64,000 nucleotides of DNA from Clostridia bacterium. GTDB taxonomy: Bacteria; Bacillota; Clostridia; Oscillospirales; CAG-382. A program made the translations under genes and the position numbers. The notes under the pieces were generated by a model. It was given only the letters and a program-made list of their open reading frames with translations, had not been told where the DNA came from and made no database searches. Below are positions 15,826 to 22,757 of the stretch, piece by piece (the first letter of the stretch is position 1; every line of letters starts with the position of its first letter). The stretch spans positions 134,665 through 198,664 of the forward strand of contig JAFYKY010000012.1 of NCBI GenBank assembly GCA_017537345.1. The letters are read 5' to 3'.

Positions 15826-16950
15826 TTCCTCGGGTACACTGAAATCGCTGTGTGTCATCATATCATAAAGCTTATACTCTCCGTTAACCAGATGGAAATA
15901 GAGAGAAAGGTCGATATATTCGTACTGTTCCTGCCCGTTGGTGCGTATTGCGTGCCAGGTGAACTTTACTCTGCAGGAGAACACGCCGGGGGCGTATTCA
16001 TAAAATTCAAAGGTCTGCTTATCCAAAAATTCGCACTTGCTGTGGGAAAGGGCAAAATAGTTTGCAAGTGTGCGTATTTTCTCGTAAATATCGCTTTTGG
16101 GGTCGATATACGGTCTTACGCTGTTGAAGTTTGCGCATTCCTGCGCGAACTTTGCATAATTCGTGGCAAACGCCAACGCGGTTTCGGAAAACGCTTCTTT
16201 TAATTCTTCGCTGTAATTAACGGTTGCGGTAAACGTACCGTCTTCTCCTCTGTTAACTGCGCAGGGGTCGCCGTATCTGTCGATCACGGTGATATTTTCG
16301 GTATCGTAAAGCAATCCGTCAATAACGTAGGTGGAATACCTTATTCCCTGCGTGGGGTCGCCGTTGTGGAAAACTCTGTCGGGCATATGCAGGCAGGACT
16401 CCGTATCTGCCGTTTCGGTAACGTAGCTTTGGTCAAGGGTGTATCCGTTGACCGCCACGGAAGCGTCCGAAGGGGCGATGATCTTTACGGAAACCGTTTC
16501 CACCTTGTAAAAGAACTCGTAATCTCCCATAACGTACAGAGAGTTTCCGTATTCCGTCTTTTCGCCCGAATCCACTACGGTAAACTGGGCAAAGCTGTTT
16601 TCTCCTGCGGAAACGACGTATTTCAAGGTATCGCCGGTAATAGAACCGCTTGCGGCTTCGTTATAGACTATCTCGCCGCTGCCGATCTGTTCGGTAACGT
16701 ATCTTATAAGATCTTCCTTGGTTTCCGCGGGGGAAACGGTAAAAGGCTTTGTTTCTATAAGAGCTTCGATATCCGGCTCTTTGAAATATGTGTTGAACAC
16801 GTGCTCCGCCACGTATTTGGGGCGGGTGGATTCATAATCCGCCATCCAGCTTTTTAAAAGCCCCAGACCGTATGCAACACAGCATACTCCTACCAGAACA
16901 AGCAGCGCAAGAATTGTATAAAAATATGGGAAACGCTTTGTTTTTTCCAT
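15823..16950 (-). CDS. membrane-anchored extracytoplasmic protein, function unknown
   Basis: 375 aa. N-terminal anchor FPYFYTILALLVLVGVCCVAYGL. No recognised motifs. AGGAGGGGG RBS. Last gene of a 3-gene operon. Confidence 0.55.
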   Translation of the reverse strand: MEKTKRFPYFYTILALLVLVGVCCVAYGLGLLKSWMADYESTRPKYVAEHVFNTYFKEPDIEALIETKPFTVSPAETKEDLIRYVTEQIGSGEIVYNEAASGSITGDTLKYVVSAGENSFAQFTVVDSGEKTEYGNSLYVMGDYEFFYKVETVSVKIIAPSDASVAVNGYTLDQSYVTETADTESCLHMPDRVFHNGDPTQGIRYSTYVIDGLLYDTENITVIDRYGDPCAVNRGEDGTFTATVNYSEELKEAFSETALAFATNYAKFAQECANFNSVRPYIDPKSDIYEKIRTLANYFALSHSKCEFLDKQTFEFYEYAPGVFSCRVKFTWHAIRTNGQEQYEYIDLSLYFHLVNGEYKLYDMMTHSDFSVPEE

Positions 16951-16953
16951 TTT

Positions 16954-18093
16954 TTATTCCCCCTCCTGTTTTGCTACCACGAAATAGGTGGGCATCGTTC
17001 TGGGCGGTATAAACGCCTTGTATTTGTTTACTATACCCTGAAGCTGATATTGGTCAAGGGTAGATTCATCAATGTTATATCTGGATATGTAGTTATCAAA
17101 ATACATAAGGGTGGACGTGCCGCCGTCCAGCATACCCGCAACCACTGCGCCCTGAGATACCAGCAGGTCGATAATATCGTTTCTGGATGCGCCTATACTT
17201 GCGGCGCTGCGTCCGTCGGTAACCACTAAAAGTATTGCTCCGTCCGCCCGCTGACCAATAGCGGTCCTCTGCGCCGCGCCTACGTTTCCTTCGCTGTAAT
17301 GAAGCTGAACCTTGCCGTTTTCGTTGGTAATAAGCACGTTTCCGTTCTGGAAGCAAACGCCGTCACGTATCTTAAGCTCTTCCGCTTCTTTTTTGGTCAT
17401 ACCCTCTTTAACAACAAGACGGTTGTTTTCGTCAATACCTATAAAGGTGCGGTATGCGTTATCGTTCCATACGCATTCGCCTTGGGAAAAGGTAATTCCC
17501 ATAGGCACGTTTCCCGGGCTGGAGCCGTTATCGGGGAATTCCCCTGCGTTGATAACCGTCTGGGCATTGTATTTTTGGGCAATTTCAAAAATGCGCATAC
17601 CCTTGGGCGCGGTGCCCAGATTATCGCATACGCCCACAAACACGCGGGAAGGGTCTTTTACCACGGTAAGATAAGCGCGGTAGGTAGAGCCCTGCAAAAA
17701 TTCAAGCCGCACTCCTTCGGGGTAATCCGCCCATTCATCGTATTCCTCGCCGCCGCTTACGTCTGCGCCTTCGGGAGGCTTGGGCTTGAAATCGTTAATA
17801 TCTATTTCGGTAACGGTAACCTTTTTACTGTTTTCCAATATCTCATTAATGGTTTCCTCGTCCATAAACAGACCGGGAAGCCATTTTGTTGCAGACGCCT
17901 GCTTTGCGGAAAGCACCAGCATATCTCTTAAAGCGGGGCTGGGTCCGTTTGCAAGGGTAAGTCCCAGCGCGTACACGCTTCCCACAAGGAAAAGCAGTAT
18001 GACCAGCAGGGTTATAAGGGTTCGGCGCACCACCAGCCAAAAGGTCTTGACCGCCTTGGAACGCTCTTTTTTCTCTTTGTTTCTTTTAATCAT
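16954..18093 (-). CDS. phosphodiester glycosidase family protein (DUF2233 / NAGPA-like), membrane anchored
   Basis: ORF extends to GTG 18123, but ATG 18093 (MIKRNKEKKERSK...) is preferred. TM anchor LITLLVILLFLVGSV. Domain ...VINAGEF...RTAIGQRADGAILLVVTDGR...MLDGGTSTLMY. Confidence 0.7.
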   Translation of the reverse strand: MIKRNKEKKERSKAVKTFWLVVRRTLITLLVILLFLVGSVYALGLTLANGPSPALRDMLVLSAKQASATKWLPGLFMDEETINEILENSKKVTVTEIDINDFKPKPPEGADVSGGEEYDEWADYPEGVRLEFLQGSTYRAYLTVVKDPSRVFVGVCDNLGTAPKGMRIFEIAQKYNAQTVINAGEFPDNGSSPGNVPMGITFSQGECVWNDNAYRTFIGIDENNRLVVKEGMTKKEAEELKIRDGVCFQNGNVLITNENGKVQLHYSEGNVGAAQRTAIGQRADGAILLVVTDGRSAASIGASRNDIIDLLVSQGAVVAGMLDGGTSTLMYFDNYISRYNIDESTLDQYQLQGIVNKYKAFIPPRTMPTYFVVAKQEGE

Positions 18094-19186
18094 TTTTCTT
18101 TTTTCCTCCGAACACCCACTCACGCTGTAAGGTAAAGCTGAGTATAAACAGCACGGTGTCCACCGCCGCTTTTATAAGGGTGATAACTATCTCTTTTGTG
18201 CCGTCGGGCAGTAATACGGTTATTCCGCCTACGGATGCGCCGGAAATTATCATTATAAGCACCACCAGCACGTAATACTTCAGCATCGTGTGTTTCGCTC
18301 CCGTCTGCTTTGCAAAAACAAAACGGCTGTTAACGAAATAATTGTAAAGAGAAGATATTATTCTCGCCGCCGCGGTACACAGGGCGGTGCATATAAACTT
18401 ATCTTCCGCCGTAGCCGAAAATTTAGATAAAAACAGATAAGAAAACAGGGTAAACAGCAAAAGGTCTATTCCCGTGGCGGAAAGTGAAGAAAAGGCATAG
18501 CCGAATATCTGCTTATAGATCATATAAGAATCTCTCAGGGGATTAAAATGAGAGGTCTTGTTTTCTTCTATGTAGACCGTGTCTATGGAATTTTCCGCAA
18601 AGGGTATGCCGCCTTCCTTAAAAGCAAGCAGCATATTGGTTTCGTATTCAAACCTGTCCCCTTTAACAGCCATAAGTGTGTCCAGATATTGCACGGGTAT
18701 GGCGCGTAGCCCCGTTTGCGTATCGGTTATCTTTATTCCGCAAAGGAATTTAAACACAAAAGCTGTCATTTTGTTGCCGAAAACGCTTCTTGCGGGAATT
18801 CCGGGCAGATTAAAATTGCGGGCGCCCAAAATAACCTTGCCTTCCTCCAGCATACGCATAGCGCAGGCAAGAACGTCTGCGGGGCGGTGCTGTCCGTCCC
18901 CGTCTACCGTAACCACGCCAAGACATTCGGGACGCGTCTTTCTTATATACGCAAACGCGGTCTTAAGCCCCGCGCCTTTTCCGCGGTTTATCCAGTGGTT
19001 TATTACGGTACAGCAGGGGTATTCGGCGGGGTCGGGAAAATTCTTTTCGCACTCCGCTTTGCTTCCGTCGTTAATTAAAACTATATCGGTAAAGCCAATC
19101 TCAATAAGCCCCTCAACCGTCTTTTTCAGTTTTTCATCAGGGTTGAGAGAGGGGATTATTACTGTGATCTTTGCAAGAGAAGACAT
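18086..19186 (-). CDS. family-2 glycosyltransferase fused to GtrA-like membrane domain
   Basis: 366 aa. ITVIIPSLNPDEKL, VTVDGDGQHRP (DxD-type). C-terminal 4-TM GtrA-like region. AAAGGAG RBS. Confidence 0.8.
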   Translation of the reverse strand: MSSLAKITVIIPSLNPDEKLKKTVEGLIEIGFTDIVLINDGSKAECEKNFPDPAEYPCCTVINHWINRGKGAGLKTAFAYIRKTRPECLGVVTVDGDGQHRPADVLACAMRMLEEGKVILGARNFNLPGIPARSVFGNKMTAFVFKFLCGIKITDTQTGLRAIPVQYLDTLMAVKGDRFEYETNMLLAFKEGGIPFAENSIDTVYIEENKTSHFNPLRDSYMIYKQIFGYAFSSLSATGIDLLLFTLFSYLFLSKFSATAEDKFICTALCTAAARIISSLYNYFVNSRFVFAKQTGAKHTMLKYYVLVVLIMIISGASVGGITVLLPDGTKEIVITLIKAAVDTVLFILSFTLQREWVFGGKKKND

Positions 19187-19202
19187 ATTATTTCTCCTTT
19201 AT

Positions 19203-19285
19203 TTAATGAGGAATGATGGTTGATTTTTGTTCTGCGAACAAAAATCTTCCGAAGTTTCTCGTTTCTCGTTTATCGTTCCTCGTTT
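19203..19285. repeat. modular repeat (module A inverted) overlapping the pyrR 3' end
   Basis: TTAATGAGG AATGATG. ATGGTTGATTTTTGTTC-tgc-GAACAAAAATCTTCCGAAG (19216-19254). Heptamers TTTCTCG TTTCTCG TTTATCG TTCCTCG (19255-19282). The pyrR TAA (19270-19272) lies in the third heptamer. Confidence 0.85.
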
Positions 19286-19812
19286 GGTTCTAAAATCGCA
19301 ACTTCCGTTTTTCCGTCCAGCTCTTTTACTCTTACGGCAATTTTCTCCTTGCGGGATGTGGGCACGTTTTTACCCACGTAATCGGCACGTATGGGCAGTT
19401 CGCGGTGGCCTCTGTCAATAAGGGCGGCAAGGCGTATGGCGGCAGGTCTGCCGCAAAGCATAACAGCTTCAATGGCTGCCCGCACCGTTCTGCCGGTATA
19501 CAAAACGTCGTCCACCAGAACCACGGTTTTTCCCTCCACCGCCGTTTTCAAAGGAAGCGCTTCGGTTTTGGGAATGCTTCCGTTATCATCGCGGAAGGGG
19601 GAAACGTCCAATTCCTCCACCTCCACCTCCACTCCGTAAGAGCTTTTTATACGGGCGGCTATACGGTTTGCAAGGGGAAGCCCTCTGCGCCGTATGCCCA
19701 CAAGGCAGACAGAAGAAATGTCTTCGTTTTTTTCTGCAATTTCGTGGCTTATGCGGGTGAGCGACCGCTCCAGTGATTGCTCGTCCAGCAGTATGGTTTT
19801 TTCTCTGTACAT
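19270..19812 (-). CDS. pyrR: bifunctional pyrimidine operon regulator / uracil phosphoribosyltransferase
   Basis: 180 aa. LVGIRRRGLPLA, VVLVDDVLYTGRTVRAA (PRPP motif), IDRGHRELPIRADYVG. Confidence 0.92.
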   Translation of the reverse strand: MYREKTILLDEQSLERSLTRISHEIAEKNEDISSVCLVGIRRRGLPLANRIAARIKSSYGVEVEVEELDVSPFRDDNGSIPKTEALPLKTAVEGKTVVLVDDVLYTGRTVRAAIEAVMLCGRPAAIRLAALIDRGHRELPIRADYVGKNVPTSRKEKIAVRVKELDGKTEVAILEPNEER

Positions 19813-19854
19813 ATATTTCGCCCTTAAAGGATAAATTTTTACTTTACACTACAC

Positions 19855-19882
19855 ATTATATCGGTTTTTTGATATAAGTCAA
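19855..19882 (-). promoter_or_regulatory. sigma-70-type promoter for pyrR
   Basis: Minus strand reads TTGACT (19877-19882), 16 nt, TATAAT (19855-19860). Confidence 0.55.
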
Positions 19883-19925
19883 CACATTTTCTTACATATT
19901 AATAATTAATTAACACCTATTTTCG

Positions 19926-19954
19926 TTGACAAATGCGGGGTTTTGTAATATAAT
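19926..19954 (+). promoter_or_regulatory. sigma-70 consensus promoter for the MinD-like gene
   Basis: TTGACA (19926-19931), 17 nt, TATAAT (19949-19954). Confidence 0.65.
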
Positions 19955-19985
19955 ATTATATCTGTAAAATGCGGAAGGAGGCGTT

Positions 19986-20780
19986 TTGGTTTTGGGCAGA
20001 TGTGTTTTTGTAACATCCTTTAAAGGCGGCGTGGGAAAAAGCTTTGTTTCCGCCAACCTTGCGGGTGCATTAACGGGTCTGGGCAAAAAAGTTCTTGTGG
20101 CAGACGGGGACTTGGGTATGCGCAGTATGGATATCCTGCTGGGCTGTGAAAACGCTTCTCTGTTTGATATAAAGGACGTTATATCCGGTGCTTGCCCCGT
20201 TGAAAAGGCTATTATAAAAGCAGATAAAAACGGATTTCCCGATTTCATTCCCGCGCCACAGACATACGACGGCTCTTTGCTGGACCGTGACCGTACGCAG
20301 GCATTGTTTACATACCTTAAAAGCGTGTACGATTACGTGCTTATAGATTCCTCTGCGGAATATTCGCCGTATTATTCTCTGCTTGCGTCCTGCGCGGACA
20401 CTGCGGTGATCGTTACCGCCCATCAATCCACGGCGGTGCGGGCGGCGGAAAAAACGGCAGCCCTGCTCCGTAAGGAAGGGTTAAAAGAGCAATATCTGGT
20501 AATAAATATGTTCCGCAAAAAAGAAGCGGAAAAAGGCTTACTGCCCGACCCTGCGGATATAATACTCAATTCCGCGGTGCCCCTTCTGGGAATTGTCCCT
20601 TGGGATAAAAACGCGGCGCTGGAGGCGGAAAAGGGCGGAATAGCTTTTTGCAACCCCAAAGGCAAGGCGTATTCATACGAGGCGGCGGCAGTAAACATCG
20701 CATACCGTCTTTCCGGAAGCGAAGTTCCCTTGTTCAAGGGCGTTTACCGCACCTTAAGAAGAAAATTTTATCTTAAATAA
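19986..20780 (+). CDS. MinD/ParA-family P-loop ATPase (orphan, no minC/minE nearby)
   Basis: 264 aa with TTG start after GGAAGGAGG. Deviant Walker A SFKGGVGKS. VADGDLGMRSMD. Basic amphipathic-looking C-terminus RTLRRKFYLK. Confidence 0.75.
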   Translation: MVLGRCVFVTSFKGGVGKSFVSANLAGALTGLGKKVLVADGDLGMRSMDILLGCENASLFDIKDVISGACPVEKAIIKADKNGFPDFIPAPQTYDGSLLDRDRTQALFTYLKSVYDYVLIDSSAEYSPYYSLLASCADTAVIVTAHQSTAVRAAEKTAALLRKEGLKEQYLVINMFRKKEAEKGLLPDPADIILNSAVPLLGIVPWDKNAALEAEKGGIAFCNPKGKAYSYEAAAVNIAYRLSGSEVPLFKGVYRTLRRKFYLK

Positions 20781-20816
20781 CAAAAATACTAAAGGCAAGA
20801 AAGGACGATACGTATT

Positions 20817-21215
20817 ATGGAAATAGCAATTATCGCCAACGATAAGAAAAAAGAGCTTATCACCGAATTCTGCATAGCTTATTGCGGAGTGCTTGCCAAG
20901 CACAATCTCTGTGCAACAGCTACGACAGGAAAATACATAAGCGAAGCAACGGGGCTTAAGGTTACCCGTATGCTGGCAGGCTCTCATGGCGGAGCAGAGC
21001 AGATAGCCGCCCGTATCGCATATAACGAAATAGATCTGGTTATCTTCCTTCGGGACCCTAATTCGGACGCCGAATACGTAGACAATACCCTTCAGGTCAT
21101 CCGTCTGTGCGATAGCCATAATATCCCCGTTGCAACCAATATCGCAACCGCAGAAGCGCTTATCCTCGCTCTCGGCAGAGGAGATCTTGACTGGAGAGAG
21201 ATTCAGAGAAACTAG
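20817..21215 (+). CDS. methylglyoxal synthase-like protein with non-canonical active-site residues
   Basis: 132 aa. Clear MGS fold signature (ATATTGKYISEATGL, DLVIFLRDP, IPVATNIATAEAL), but canonical AHDKKK / GGDQ / PHEPD read ANDKKK / GGAE / EYVDN. Confidence 0.75.
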   Translation: MEIAIIANDKKKELITEFCIAYCGVLAKHNLCATATTGKYISEATGLKVTRMLAGSHGGAEQIAARIAYNEIDLVIFLRDPNSDAEYVDNTLQVIRLCDSHNIPVATNIATAEALILALGRGDLDWREIQRN

Positions 21216-21352
21216 GAACGAGGAACTGGGAACTAGGAACTTCGGAAGATTTTTGCCCCAAAGGCAAAAATCAACCATTCCGGGGTTCCCCGCAAAACCG
21301 CAGGTTTTGTGGGGTGGTTAGTTCATAGTTCATCGTTTATCGTTCATCGTTC
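21210..21352 (+). repeat. modular repeat (full composite) between the mgsA-like gene and hisS
   Basis: AACTAGG AACGAGG AACTGGG AACTAGG AACTTCG (21210-21244). TTCGGAAGATTTTTGCC-ccaaa-GGCAAAAATCAACCATT. CCGGGGTTCCCCGCAAAACC-gca-GGTTTTGTGGGGTGG (21280-21317). AGTTCAT/CGTTCAT-type heptamers to 21352. Confidence 0.85.
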
Positions 21353-21372
21353 TTTTTACGGAGTAAAAACAT

Positions 21373-22632
21373 ATGGAACAAATCAAAAAGCCTCGCGGAA
21401 CCTTGGATATTCTTCCCGAGCAGACTGCCGCTTGGCAGTATATAGAAAAAACAATACGCAAAAAATGTCTTGAATACGGCTTTGGCGAAATACGCTTCCC
21501 CACCTTTGAAGCAACCGAACTTTTCTCCCGCGGTGTGGGCGACACTACCGACGTGGTTCAAAAGGAAATGTACACCTTTAAGGACAGAGATGACCGCAGT
21601 CTGTCACTCCGTCCCGAAGGAACGGCGTGCGTTGTCCGCAGTATGCTGGAAAACGGTCTTTACGCAGGGGCTATGCCTTTAAAGCTGTATTACCTTACCA
21701 ATTTCTTCCGCTATGAAAAGCCTCAGGCAGGCAGATCGAGAGAGTTTTTCCAGTTCGGAACAGAGCTGTTCGGCTCCGAATCCCCTGCGGCGGATGCAAC
21801 GGTCATCTCCCTTGCATACAGCGTGTTCAAGGAATTGGGACTTAAAGACGTGGTGCTTCACATAAATTCCGTGGGCTGTCCCAACTGCCGTCCTCTTTAC
21901 AGAGAGGCGCTGGTAAATTATTTAAGCGGTTATACGGACAAGCTTTGCCCCACCTGCCTTGAAAGACTCGGTAAAAACCCCTTGCGTGTGCTGGATTGCA
22001 AATCTCCCGTTTGCTCGGAGATAGCGAAAAACGCACCCAAGACCACACAGCACCTTTGCGAAGACTGCAAAGAGCATCTGGAAGCTCTTACCGCTATTCT
22101 TGATGCGGCGGAAATTCCTTACGTTATAGATTCCGGCATTGTAAGAGGATTGGATTATTACACCGGCACGGTGTTTGAGTTTATAGACCAGCGTATCGGC
22201 GCTCAGTCCACGGTTTGCGGCGGCGGCAGATACGATGGCTTGGTTGCCCAGCTTGGGGGACCCCAGATGTCCGGCGTAGGATTTGGTATGGGTATTACCC
22301 GTCTTATCGCCTGCTTGGAGCAGGATGGACTTTTGAAGAGCGTGGATACCGCACCGGATATCTATCTCGCTCCCGCAGACAAAGAGGTGTACACAAAGGT
22401 GTTCACTCTCTGCGAACAGCTCCGCGGTATGGGCATAAAGGCAGAAACCGACCTTTGCTCCCGCAGTATAAAAGCGCAAATGAAATATGCGGATAAGATA
22501 CACGCCCGCTACACAGCCGTTATCGGCGGAAACGAAGCGGAAACCGGCGTGGTTACGGTTAAGAATATGCAAGACGGAGCGCGATACGAGGTCAAGCTCA
22601 CGGCTACGGATATTGCTAACGCAATAAAATAA
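21373..22632 (+). CDS. hisS: histidyl-tRNA synthetase
   Basis: 419 aa. PRGTLDILPE, LSLRPEGTA, YYLTNFFRYEKPQAGRSREFFQFG, GGGRYDGL. Confidence 0.95.
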   Translation: MEQIKKPRGTLDILPEQTAAWQYIEKTIRKKCLEYGFGEIRFPTFEATELFSRGVGDTTDVVQKEMYTFKDRDDRSLSLRPEGTACVVRSMLENGLYAGAMPLKLYYLTNFFRYEKPQAGRSREFFQFGTELFGSESPAADATVISLAYSVFKELGLKDVVLHINSVGCPNCRPLYREALVNYLSGYTDKLCPTCLERLGKNPLRVLDCKSPVCSEIAKNAPKTTQHLCEDCKEHLEALTAILDAAEIPYVIDSGIVRGLDYYTGTVFEFIDQRIGAQSTVCGGGRYDGLVAQLGGPQMSGVGFGMGITRLIACLEQDGLLKSVDTAPDIYLAPADKEVYTKVFTLCEQLRGMGIKAETDLCSRSIKAQMKYADKIHARYTAVIGGNEAETGVVTVKNMQDGARYEVKLTATDIANAIK

Positions 22633-22727
22633 CTATGAACGATGAACGATGAACGAGAAACTAATGGAAACCTTTTTTCGCGCACACGCGAAAAAAGCTA
22701 CCGAAGTTCATAGTTCATAGTTTCTAC
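22631..22727 (+). repeat. modular repeat, CGCG subfamily, between hisS and aspS
   Basis: AACTATG AACGATG AACGATG AACGAGA AACTAAT. GGAAACCTTTTTTCGCG-caca-CGCGAAAAAAGCTACCGAAG. GTTCATA GTTCATA GTTTCTA. The hisS TAA (22630-22632) overlaps the first heptamer. Confidence 0.85.
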
Positions 22728-22757
22728 TATACTTTGAAAGAAGGCAAAATTAAAACC

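Noticed and set aside
21216-21372. T-box leaders upstream of proS (518-678), hisS (21216-21372) and aspS (22633-22757), as is common in Firmicutes.
   Set aside because: The leaders are short (about 125-160 nt). Those of hisS and aspS are almost entirely occupied by the modular repeats. No T-box consensus (…GGGTGGTACCGCG…) or specifier-loop architecture was found.
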